Source: an uncultured Alphaproteobacteria bacterium (GTDB taxonomy: Bacteria > Pseudomonadota > Alphaproteobacteria > HIMB59 > GCA-002718135). From it: a stretch of DNA of 64,000 nt. The DNA lies in NCBI GenBank assembly GCA_902588745.1, contig CACIQI010000001.1, forward strand, positions 13,924-77,923. The letters are read 5' to 3'. The notes under the pieces are model-generated. The model was not told the origin of the DNA and made no database searches. It saw only the letters and a program-made list of their open reading frames with translations. The translations under genes were made by a program, and so were the position numbers. How positions within the stretch are numbered: the stretch's first letter is position 1; each line of letters opens with the position of its first letter. Shown one piece after another: positions 9,715-18,954 of this stretch.

Positions 9715-10740
9715 TTAATTGACATCTATTATGTCTATTGAATATTTTAAATATATATTTCTATATATTTTATCTACTTTGAAGATATTATCATAACAAA
9801 TCACAATATTTTTTTTATTAATTATTTTAGCATGTATCATCACAGAACTTTCAGAACCTAATAAATGAACTTTTCTATGAGGTGGAATATAAAATTCTGC
9901 AGGAATTCTTGGATCAACAACTATTACTTTTTTTTTTGTTTTCAATTTTTTAATTTTTTTACCTAGTAAATTCAGATGAGGCTTATGAATAATAGTATCA
10001 CAATTTATTGAGTTTAATTTTTCTTCAATTAATTTTCTTGTATTAGAATAATTATAAGATGGAGAATTAAAATTTTCAATAAATAATATATAATCTTGAT
10101 TTGGTAAATTTATAAATTTTAATGATGGAAATTTTAAAAGAATATCATTTTTTGTCTTAGTATATAAATTTTCTAATGAATAAAAAAAACCATTATCAAA
10201 TTTAATTTTATCAGCACCACTGTTATGTAAAAAAAAAGGATCATAAATTTTAAAACACATTAAAAGTAAAAGTGACTGTCTTAATCTGAAATAGATTTTG
10301 TCATATATTTTAAAAAATTTAAGAATTAATATATTTTTTCTATAAAAATTTTTTGCATCATGATCAGAATTATATTTATCTATATAGTTTGAGTTACCAT
10401 GTGATAATAAATTTTTTTTTATATAATTTTGTCTAAAGAAATAGTTGCTAATAAAATTTAAATAATCAGAAGCAAAAAAATTAATTTCATTATTATTTTT
10501 TTTAAACTTACTAATCTCTTTATGAATAATATTAAAATATTTTATTTTCTTTAAAATACTTTTACCTTCTAAATATATTATATCTTTATATTCCGATAAC
10601 ATTAGTTTGTATTTTTTGTCATATGTATTAAATACAAATAGTTTTAAGTTTGTTTTATTAATATAATTTTGATTTATGAGTGAATGGAAAAGTAAAATAT
10701 CATGAGAGGAGTGAATAAAAATAAAATTTATTTTTTTCAT
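9715..10740 (-). CDS. unassigned Rossmann-like protein, putative glycosyltransferase (paralog of the N-domain of 5346-7154)
   Basis: 341 aa, alignable by eye along its full length to residues 1-340 of the 602-aa protein. It has IHKPHLN and IPAEFYI. Confidence 0.45.
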   Translation of the reverse strand: MKKINFIFIHSSHDILLFHSLINQNYINKTNLKLFVFNTYDKKYKLMLSEYKDIIYLEGKSILKKIKYFNIIHKEISKFKKNNNEINFFASDYLNFISNYFFRQNYIKKNLLSHGNSNYIDKYNSDHDAKNFYRKNILILKFFKIYDKIYFRLRQSLLLLMCFKIYDPFFLHNSGADKIKFDNGFFYSLENLYTKTKNDILLKFPSLKFINLPNQDYILFIENFNSPSYNYSNTRKLIEEKLNSINCDTIIHKPHLNLLGKKIKKLKTKKKVIVVDPRIPAEFYIPPHRKVHLLGSESSVMIHAKIINKKNIVICYDNIFKVDKIYRNIYLKYSIDIIDVN

Positions 10741-10751
10741 AAATATAATAA

Positions 10752-11444
10752 TTAATTAACTTTAATTACTAAATGATAAAATTCGTTAACTATATTTGCT
10801 CCAGTTAAAATAATTCTTTTATTTTTATTAGTTTTTACAGTATAACTTCTAATTGGGTTGGGGCTTTTTTTAATATCTATAGGTAAATTAAATTTTAAAA
10901 ATTTATAACTCAATCCTAATTTTTCAATATATTTTCCTATTGTCGTAATTGAATATAATGTTAAACCATTTTCCCACCCAGAATTATTATAATTATTTCT
11001 CATTTTTGTTATTGTATCTATATTACTGCTATTAAAACATCCAAATATTATCAAAATTCCATCTTTTTTTACTAGCTTAATCCATTTTTTTAATGGAATT
11101 TTGAAATCTTCATAGTTAGTCAACATGCCAGAAGCATTAACAATATCAAATTTTTTATTTGGTTTATAATAATCAATATTTGCTTTTTCGAAATAAATAT
11201 TATCATTTGTATTATTGGTTTTTGCGATATTCAAAAGTTTTTTTGAAATATCTACACCGTAATATTTAATATTATTATTTTTTTTTTGTAAATTAAATAT
11301 AAAGTTTCCATTCGCACAACCTATATCTAAAAAGGATTTTGAGTTTTTTAATTTTTTAGAAATTAATTTTATTGTTTTAATTTCATGAAATTTTAGTTTT
11401 TTTCTGTTTATGTATGCATCATTTTGAGTACTAGGTTTATTCAT
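10752..11444 (-). CDS. class I SAM-dependent methyltransferase
   Basis: 230 aa with the motif FLDIGCANGNF and GILIIFG. Confidence 0.75.
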   Translation of the reverse strand: MNKPSTQNDAYINRKKLKFHEIKTIKLISKKLKNSKSFLDIGCANGNFIFNLQKKNNNIKYYGVDISKKLLNIAKTNNTNDNIYFEKANIDYYKPNKKFDIVNASGMLTNYEDFKIPLKKWIKLVKKDGILIIFGCFNSSNIDTITKMRNNYNNSGWENGLTLYSITTIGKYIEKLGLSYKFLKFNLPIDIKKSPNPIRSYTVKTNKNKRIILTGANIVNEFYHLVIKVN

Positions 11445-11488
11445 ATTTAATTTTCTAATATATTAAAACCTTTGTAGAAACTTGTAAA

Positions 11489-12307
11489 CTATAATGAAGC
11501 AAATAAATAGATCGTATACTTACCTGAAGGCTCAATAATACGTTCTATTTTTATTATTTTAAAACCTAATTTTTCAATAAGTATTGATGCGGAAGAAATA
11601 CTAAAAACATGATGGTGATCAATATAAAACTCTTCTCTTTGTTTACCTTTTTTATATGCTATCATATCAGGCACCTCTAAATATAAAATACTTTTTTTAG
11701 TCATAAACTTTTTGATAGCAAATAATAATTCATATGGTTTTTCAACGTGTTCTAGAACTTTATTAAATGTAATAAGGTTATATTTTTTATTATTTTTATA
11801 TTTTGTTATATCTGCATAGGTTGATTTTATTCCTAAATCATTTAGATATTGAACCATCCTTTTATCAGTTTCTATTGCTTGTACATCCCACTTTTTATTT
11901 ATAAATGATTTTGCAAAAACACCAGTTCCAGCACCCACATCTAAAAGATTTTTTACTTTGAATTGTGAATGAATTTTTAAAAAATTTAATATTCTTTTTA
12001 CTCTTTGTTTATTATCAGATTTTTTATAAGGTAAATTCATTACATACAAAAAACGTTTTTTCATTCCCTCAATATCGTTATATGTTGAGTTAAGATATTC
12101 TGAATTGTATAAATTTTTTAAATTAATATTATGTTCTCCATAAACGTGTTTACAAATTTTACATATTTTGTATTTTCTAAAGTATTCTTTTTTTTTAATT
12201 TTGAAGTCTGTCTCTTTATTTGGTTTCTTTTTATAATAAAATAATAACTTACTATTTTTTGATTCACAAAAACAATTTAATTTCAGTTTATATTTTTTAT
12301 TCATCAA
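11489..12307 (-). CDS. SAM-dependent methyltransferase with N-terminal Cys-rich (zinc-ribbon-like) segment
   Basis: 272 aa with CFCES...CKICKH near the N-terminus, then LLDVGAGTGVF and FNKVLEHVEKP. Confidence 0.7.
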   Translation of the reverse strand: MMNKKYKLKLNCFCESKNSKLLFYYKKKPNKETDFKIKKKEYFRKYKICKICKHVYGEHNINLKNLYNSEYLNSTYNDIEGMKKRFLYVMNLPYKKSDNKQRVKRILNFLKIHSQFKVKNLLDVGAGTGVFAKSFINKKWDVQAIETDKRMVQYLNDLGIKSTYADITKYKNNKKYNLITFNKVLEHVEKPYELLFAIKKFMTKKSILYLEVPDMIAYKKGKQREEFYIDHHHVFSISSASILIEKLGFKIIKIERIIEPSGKYTIYLFASL

Positions 12308-12677
12308 AATATTGTTTTATTTTATTTAAATTTTTTGTATCATCCATCCAAATAATAATTTCACAACTTTCAGATTTTAAATAGCTATAAAAATCATCTT
12401 CATGATTTTTTTCTACAACAAGTATAAAATATCTATTTGATAACTTATTTCTTATTAAACACGCCCTATAATCAAAGGTAATTAATCTTCCATTTAATGA
12501 AGGTGATGCGTAATATCCCCAGCTTTTTTTTGCAAAATCATATTCATTTCCATTATTTGTTTTAAATGTTACTTGTTCATCATCTTCTAAAATTATTTCA
12601 GCGCAATCCTTCATAGGAAACTTTTCATGTGTTCCAACCATAAACTCTCTTGGAGGATTTTTATTAATTACTTTCAT
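12297..12677 (-). CDS. hypothetical protein
   Basis: 126 aa that is not low-complexity, with no motif recognised. It overlaps the downstream methyltransferase start by 11 nt, which suggests translational coupling. Confidence 0.4.
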   Translation of the reverse strand: MKVINKNPPREFMVGTHEKFPMKDCAEIILEDDEQVTFKTNNGNEYDFAKKSWGYYASPSLNGRLITFDYRACLIRNKLSNRYFILVVEKNHEDDFYSYLKSESCEIIIWMDDTKNLNKIKQYFDE

Positions 12678-12725
12678 ATTTTCTCCTATAATTTATTAAT
12701 AAATTATAAATTTTATTTATAAAAT

Positions 12726-13838
12726 TTAAATTAAATAATTTTTAATATACCAAGAATTTTTTTTATTTTTTTTCCAAATTTTTTTATTTCTGTGTTTTTC
12801 AATAATTTCAAAGAATTCTTTAGTTGTTATATTAGTAAACTTACAAAATTTTTTGATATCATCAATTGGTGGTAAATTCTTATCTTTCTCGATAATTTTT
12901 ATTGCTTTTTCTCTTGATATTCTTCCATTTCTTATTTCTATTGATAAATTATCAAATAATCTAGTAAATCCAAATTTATACCATTTCAACCAATGATGAA
13001 TTGAAATAAAATCATCATCAATATCTGCATAATTATAGTATCCTGTTCTTGGTTTTTTTGGAAATTTAAAACCATATTTCTCTGAAAAATTTTTGGTTTC
13101 ATTAGGATCCCATTTCAAATAGTGACCTAGAAAGATAGCTTTGACATTACTTTTTTTTAGATCGACTTTGTTGGGAGGTAAATAACTCAACATATCTTTT
13201 TTTTTCATGGTATTGTCTATCCATGAATCTATTGATGTTCCTTGAGTAACACCATATTTTTTTATCCAGTTATGATTTAATTCAAATCCTAAATCTCTTT
13301 TATCACTGTTACCATATTCAAAAGCTGAATTTTCACCATAAATTACATATGGTATATTTAAATTTACAGCAATTCTAATAGGGATATTAAAAATTGAAAA
13401 ATGCATGGGTATTGCTGTGCTTCCATATTTTTTTAATGCCTTGAGCATAAATTGTGATTCAATTTTAGGATTGATTTGCCAATCAATATGATCAACTCCC
13501 TGAGAAATTAAATTTATTAAATTTTTAGAACCTATTTCTGTTCTAGCAGGAGTTTTCCAAGTAACTGCAAGAGGTTTTAAGCCCAACTGAATGCATTTAA
13601 TAATTTGCCAAGTACTATCTTTGCCTCCAGAAACCGGAACAACACAATCATAATTATTATTTCCTGATATTGTTTTAGCTTTTTTTACAATTTGTTTTAA
13701 TTGTTTTTTTCTTTCACTCCAATTAATATTTTTTTTTGTTTTGTGATTTTCACATGCATTGCATATACCTTTAGTATTAAAGACAAGATTTGGCCTACTA
13801 TTAGGTAGAACACATTTTATACACCATTTTAACTTCAT
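12726..13838 (-). CDS. N-acetyl sugar amidotransferase (PP-loop ATP pyrophosphatase, WbpG/PseA/WbuX type)
   Basis: 370 aa with an N-terminal zinc-ribbon-like CIKC...CNAC and the PP-loop VPVSGGKDST. This architecture is typical of LPS and flagellin acetamidino-forming enzymes. Confidence 0.75.
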   Translation of the reverse strand: MKLKWCIKCVLPNSRPNLVFNTKGICNACENHKTKKNINWSERKKQLKQIVKKAKTISGNNNYDCVVPVSGGKDSTWQIIKCIQLGLKPLAVTWKTPARTEIGSKNLINLISQGVDHIDWQINPKIESQFMLKALKKYGSTAIPMHFSIFNIPIRIAVNLNIPYVIYGENSAFEYGNSDKRDLGFELNHNWIKKYGVTQGTSIDSWIDNTMKKKDMLSYLPPNKVDLKKSNVKAIFLGHYLKWDPNETKNFSEKYGFKFPKKPRTGYYNYADIDDDFISIHHWLKWYKFGFTRLFDNLSIEIRNGRISREKAIKIIEKDKNLPPIDDIKKFCKFTNITTKEFFEIIEKHRNKKIWKKNKKNSWYIKNYLI

Positions 13839-15667
13839 ATAACTTCAGTATCTAGAAAAATTTTAGCATTTATAAATGAAAATAAAAATTTACTATAATG
13901 GTTTGGTATAACATCAAGATAAAATAGTTTCTCTATTTTTTTTAAGTTTATATAATCAAATATTTTTGAATTTTTATCTAATAAATATTCTTTTATTTTA
14001 TTGTCATTAAAATTAATCATAGAATTAATTGAGGCATTAAAACCTCTTTTTCTTCTATCAAGTCTTACATGATCATTTAATATATTTTTCATAGATTCTC
14101 TTAATATATATTTACCATAACCATTTTGAATTAAGTATTCAGATGGTATTTGTAATGAAAATTCAAATAAATTTTTATCTAAATATGGACTTCTATTTTC
14201 GATAGAAAAAAACATTGCATTTAGATCATCTTCATTAAGAATTAAAGGGGTAGTTTCGTAAAATAATTCATTTAACATTCTATTTCTAAGAATATCTTCT
14301 GAAAAATTTTTTTCAAAAAAATTATCTTTTTTTATATTGATTAAATAATTTTCTAATAATTCACTTTTGTCATAGATATGTTCTCTAAATTTAGGATTTT
14401 CTATAAATGAATCAGGATTTTTCAATAAAGGGTTTCTTACATAATTATAGATATATTTTTTCCAATATTCTAAATTTTTTTTGAAATGATTGCTGTGTTT
14501 AATTTGATTTAAATGGAAAAGAAAATGATCATAATAACCAGTAAATATTTCATCTGCTGCAGTTCCAGATATTGAAACCTTAAATCCTTGCTTTGATACT
14601 TCTTTGTATAAAAGTGACTGAATATAATATGAAATAGTTGCAACTGGTGCATCATGATAATTAATTAATTTCTGCAAATTACTAATAACGTCATCGTGAC
14701 TAAGATAAATATACTCATGTTTACAGCTAAGATCTTTAACAGTTGCATCCATATTATCCTTTTCATTATATCTTTCATCTGAGTCGAGTATTGAAAATGT
14801 TTTAAATTCACAATTTAGTTTTTTAGATGCAATGGAAACTAGTGAAGAAGAATCAATACCTCCACTTAGGCAAAATGCTAGAGGTACATCTGAACGTATT
14901 CTGAGTTTCATACTATCAATTAATAATGCTCTAACTTGCTCTATACAATCTTGTAATGATAATTTATTGTTTGGTTGGTATTTTGGATTAAAGAATGTTT
15001 CTTTTTTTAACTCTTTTTTATAATTAATTAAAATATTTGAACCAGATTCAATTTTTAAAATATTTTTATAAAATGTCTGATTTTTTTTATTGAGTGACTT
15101 GTATCCATTATTTAAATAATTTCCAATTTGTAAAGGATTAATTTCTATTTTATTTTTTAAAATACTTTTCAAATATTTAGTCTCAGAAAAAAAATAAAAA
15201 CCATTGTTATCTTCATAAATATAAAGGGGCTTTTCTCCAAATCTATCTCTTGATAGAAAGATATCATTAGTTTCAGTATTTAATATTGCAAAAGTCCACA
15301 TTCCTTCAAAATATTGTACGCAATCTTTTCCATATTTTATATAGTATTGAAGTAAAACCTCAGTATCAGAATTTGTTTTGAAAATGTATCCTTCTGAAAT
15401 TAAATTATTTCGTAATTCTAAATAATTATAAATCTCACCATTAAAAATTAAAACAAAATTTCCAATTTTGAAAGGTTGATTTGACCTTTCTTCAAGATCT
15501 ATTATTGATAGCCGAGAATGAAATAAATAAATATTAGAATTATCATTACAGACTTTATGAAAATATGAGAAGTTGTCAGGTCCTCTATTTTTCATTGATC
15601 TAGATAAAATATCTATTTTCTTTCGGTCAATTTGATTTTTGCCTATATAACCTGCGATTCCACACAT
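13835..15667 (-). CDS. asparagine synthetase (glutamine-hydrolysing) family amidotransferase
   Basis: 610 aa with canonical MCGIAGY (Cys2), RLSIIDL, FNGEIYN, SRDRFGEKPLY and the PP-loop CLSGGIDSS. Confidence 0.85.
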   Translation of the reverse strand: MCGIAGYIGKNQIDRKKIDILSRSMKNRGPDNFSYFHKVCNDNSNIYLFHSRLSIIDLEERSNQPFKIGNFVLIFNGEIYNYLELRNNLISEGYIFKTNSDTEVLLQYYIKYGKDCVQYFEGMWTFAILNTETNDIFLSRDRFGEKPLYIYEDNNGFYFFSETKYLKSILKNKIEINPLQIGNYLNNGYKSLNKKNQTFYKNILKIESGSNILINYKKELKKETFFNPKYQPNNKLSLQDCIEQVRALLIDSMKLRIRSDVPLAFCLSGGIDSSSLVSIASKKLNCEFKTFSILDSDERYNEKDNMDATVKDLSCKHEYIYLSHDDVISNLQKLINYHDAPVATISYYIQSLLYKEVSKQGFKVSISGTAADEIFTGYYDHFLFHLNQIKHSNHFKKNLEYWKKYIYNYVRNPLLKNPDSFIENPKFREHIYDKSELLENYLINIKKDNFFEKNFSEDILRNRMLNELFYETTPLILNEDDLNAMFFSIENRSPYLDKNLFEFSLQIPSEYLIQNGYGKYILRESMKNILNDHVRLDRRKRGFNASINSMINFNDNKIKEYLLDKNSKIFDYINLKKIEKLFYLDVIPNHYSKFLFSFINAKIFLDTEVI

Positions 15668-15669
15668 AT

Positions 15670-16680
15670 TTATTTATAAAAATAATTTTTCTTTAAAATA
15701 GTTCTTGCACTGATATTTTTTTTTAGAATTTTATTAATTACTAAATTTTCTTTGCCTGGAGATAAACCATTACCAGGTCTTACCCAAATTAAATCTGATA
15801 TTTTTACTTTATGTCCTTTCTTCAGATTTCTTTTTACTGCAATTGACCTTTTGTAATCTATTATTGATTTCTTTTCAGATACATTTACTATTTTTTCTTC
15901 GTTACCTAGTATAGTTTCAATTTCTCTTATTTTATTTACTAATTTTTTCATTTCTTTAGGGTCAGATGATATTTTATGATCTCTAAAATTTGAGAAATTT
16001 TTGTCCAAAGTAAAATGCTTTTCAATAATTTCTGCTCCACATACAACTGACAATGCAGCAGCCTCAATACCAAGTGTATGATCAGAGAATCCAATTGAAG
16101 TATCTTTGAAATTTTTCTTTAAAAACTTAATAGAGTTTAAATTAATTTTATCAATTTTAGTTGGATAAGAGGATATGCAATGTAAGAGAGCTAGTTTATT
16201 TTTTTGGTTATTATTATTGTCATAAATGAATTTTACAATTTTCTTTATTTTTTTTATATCAATTAAGCCAGTAGACAATATGATTGGTTTATTAAATTTA
16301 CATACCTGCTCTAATAAAGGATAGAATTCATTATCACCAGATGAAATTTTAAAGAAACTTTGAATATTGTTTAAAAATTTTGCCGATTCTAAATCAAAAG
16401 GTGTAGAACAAAAATATAATCCTTTCTTTTCTGCATATAGAGCAAGTTTTTCGTAATTATTATATGTTAGTTGAAACTCTTTTAGTTTATTAAATCTATC
16501 TTTATCTTCTATATTTACAAATAATTCTGGTACTATTGTTTGAAATTTTACTGCATCAACACCTGTATCTGCAGCGGCACTAATCATTTTCTTAGCATTT
16601 GCAAAACTTCCTTCATGGTTATTACCAATTTCTGCAACTATAAAAACTTTTTTAGAAGTATCTAAGTTTTTAATTATCAT
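15670..16680 (-). CDS. nonulosonic acid synthase (NeuB / PseI / LegI family)
   Basis: 336 aa with IVAEIGNNHEGS, DAVKFQT and a C-terminal SAF-like segment, IWVRPGNGLSPG. Confidence 0.85.
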   Translation of the reverse strand: MIIKNLDTSKKVFIVAEIGNNHEGSFANAKKMISAAADTGVDAVKFQTIVPELFVNIEDKDRFNKLKEFQLTYNNYEKLALYAEKKGLYFCSTPFDLESAKFLNNIQSFFKISSGDNEFYPLLEQVCKFNKPIILSTGLIDIKKIKKIVKFIYDNNNNQKNKLALLHCISSYPTKIDKINLNSIKFLKKNFKDTSIGFSDHTLGIEAAALSVVCGAEIIEKHFTLDKNFSNFRDHKISSDPKEMKKLVNKIREIETILGNEEKIVNVSEKKSIIDYKRSIAVKRNLKKGHKVKISDLIWVRPGNGLSPGKENLVINKILKKNISARTILKKNYFYK

Positions 16681-16774
16681 AGTTTAATTAATTTTATATT
16701 ATATTTTTTTATAAATAGATCCATTTTCATTTAATATAGATAATTTAAGATTTTGATAAAATATAAAAATTAAA

Positions 16775-17806
16775 TTACTTATTTTTAAACAAATCTACAT
16801 TTTTATTTGCAAAATCTTTATACCAATTTATGTACTGCTCAAGTCCTCTTTCAATAGGAAAATCAGGTTCAAAGCCAATTTTTGTTTTTGCTTTATCAAT
16901 GTTTAAAGTTCCTCTCATAGGCATTAAGTTATCTCTTTTTTTATAAACTAGTTTAGAATTTGGAAATGAATTTTTTATGATATCAGCTAATTCATTTAGT
17001 TTTCTTCCTTTTCCATAAGTAATGTTAAAAATCTCATTTTTAGCTTCTTTTGCATTAATACATTTAATAATACCTTGTATTAAATCTTGAATATATGTAA
17101 AATCTAGTTCTTCCTCACCATCTCCATTAATTGTTAATTCCTTACCCATCAAAGCATTTTCAATTAGAGCTTGACTAACTCTTCTACTAACACACCTCTC
17201 ACCATACAAAGCAGAAGGTCTTATAATGCTATAAATTGTATCAAAAACTTGACTATATGAAATAACTAGTTTTTCAGCTCCATATTTTAAAGCACCGTAT
17301 ATTCCAAGAGGTGAGCAGTTATCATCTTCAGAAGCTACGCCATTTTTAAAATTACCATAAACCATTGATGAAGAAAAATATATTAGATGTATATTTTTGA
17401 AATTTTTTAGTGTGTCTAAGACATTTTCTAATGTTCTTAAGCTATGATCAAATGTAGAAAATGGATCTTTATTTGATCTATTTGCATGAGCAACTGCTGC
17501 AAGATGGATAACAACATCAGGATTAATTGTAGAAATATTTTGGCTTACTAAATTGTAATCTCTAATGTCAAATACATTTATTGGTATTTTATTAGCTCTT
17601 AAAACTTTTAATCTTTCATTGATAAATGAGATATATAATTCGGAATTAAATTCAGTTTGTGAGGTATAATACCCAAGATTATTTACTTGCAGTCCATCTG
17701 AAATAAAAGGAAGTCCGCCAAGTTCTTTGATCTTTAATGCCAGATTATGCCCGATGAAGCCTGCCCCACCCATAATTAAAATTTTTTTTCCTAAAATATC
17801 AACCAT
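16775..17806 (-). CDS. NAD-dependent nucleotide-sugar epimerase/dehydratase (extended SDR)
   Basis: 343 aa with GGAGFIGHNL and YGALKYGAEK (YxxxK). Confidence 0.8.
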   Translation of the reverse strand: MVDILGKKILIMGGAGFIGHNLALKIKELGGLPFISDGLQVNNLGYYTSQTEFNSELYISFINERLKVLRANKIPINVFDIRDYNLVSQNISTINPDVVIHLAAVAHANRSNKDPFSTFDHSLRTLENVLDTLKNFKNIHLIYFSSSMVYGNFKNGVASEDDNCSPLGIYGALKYGAEKLVISYSQVFDTIYSIIRPSALYGERCVSRRVSQALIENALMGKELTINGDGEEELDFTYIQDLIQGIIKCINAKEAKNEIFNITYGKGRKLNELADIIKNSFPNSKLVYKKRDNLMPMRGTLNIDKAKTKIGFEPDFPIERGLEQYINWYKDFANKNVDLFKNK

Positions 17807-17808
17807 TT

Positions 17809-18954
17809 TTAATATCTATTTAAGATATCTAATACTTTATCTGCAATAAATTTCATATCTTTTTTATTTAAATGAGGCCCAATAGGTAAACAAATTGAGG
17901 AATCACTAAAATTAAGAGCATTCAAAAAATTATCTTTTTTTAAATTATATTTTTTTTTATAGTAGGTCATTAAGGGAACAGGTATTGGATAATAAATGCT
18001 TGTCCCAATTCCAGTTTTATTGATTTTGTTTATTATTTCGGTTCTAAATTTTACAATATTTTTCTTTAATAAAAATGAAAAGCAATAATACGAATACGTT
18101 TTACCTTTTTCCTCTCTCGGTGGTAAAATTATATTTTTCGATTTTTCCAAATTTTTCCATAAAAACAAATAATTATTTTTCCTAATCTTAAGAAAATTTT
18201 TTAATTTTTTTAATTGCTCTATTCCTATTGCACAACTTATTTCATTTATCCTATAATTAAATCCTAGTTCTGTTGTATCATACATACCTGGTACTGTTCT
18301 TTCGTTAAAATTTTTATTTACACCAAATGCTTTTTTTAATTTTAATTTTTCATATAATTTTTTATTCTTTAAAATAATTATTCCCCCTTCAGTTGTAGTT
18401 ATATGTTTGACAGGATAAAATGAAAATACTCCTGCATCACCAATCAAACCTGTATGAATATTTCCAAAATATGCACCTGGAGATAATGCACAATCTTCAA
18501 GTAAAAATAAATTATATTTCCTTGCAATCATTTTTATTTTATTCATATCTGCGGGAACACCTAAATAATGAACGATACTTATAGCTTTTGTTCTTTTTGT
18601 AATTTTTTTTTCAATTAATTCTGGATTAATATTTCCATCGTAATTGTTTGAATCTATAAATATTGGTTTTGCTCCATTTAGTTCTATTGCGTGAGCAGTA
18701 GCAACATGTGTTTGGGAAGATACAATAACTTCATCTCCTTTTTTGAGACCTATTGTAAATAAAACTAAGTGTAAACCAGCTGTACAAGATGAAACTGAAA
18801 CTGCATATGGAGCTCCTGTAAATTCTTTAAATTTATTTTCAAAGTTTACAGAATTAGGACCATGAACTAAAATTGGATTGTTCAGTACATTATTTACAGC
18901 ATTTATTTCATTTTTATCAATCAAAGGTTTACCGAAAGGAATTTTTCTAGTCAT
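17809..18954 (-). CDS. DegT/DnrJ/EryC1/StrS-family sugar aminotransferase
   Basis: 381 aa with the PLP-lysine context FSFYPVKHITTTEGG. Confidence 0.85.
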   Translation of the reverse strand: MTRKIPFGKPLIDKNEINAVNNVLNNPILVHGPNSVNFENKFKEFTGAPYAVSVSSCTAGLHLVLFTIGLKKGDEVIVSSQTHVATAHAIELNGAKPIFIDSNNYDGNINPELIEKKITKRTKAISIVHYLGVPADMNKIKMIARKYNLFLLEDCALSPGAYFGNIHTGLIGDAGVFSFYPVKHITTTEGGIIILKNKKLYEKLKLKKAFGVNKNFNERTVPGMYDTTELGFNYRINEISCAIGIEQLKKLKNFLKIRKNNYLFLWKNLEKSKNIILPPREEKGKTYSYYCFSFLLKKNIVKFRTEIINKINKTGIGTSIYYPIPVPLMTYYKKKYNLKKDNFLNALNFSDSSICLPIGPHLNKKDMKFIADKVLDILNRY

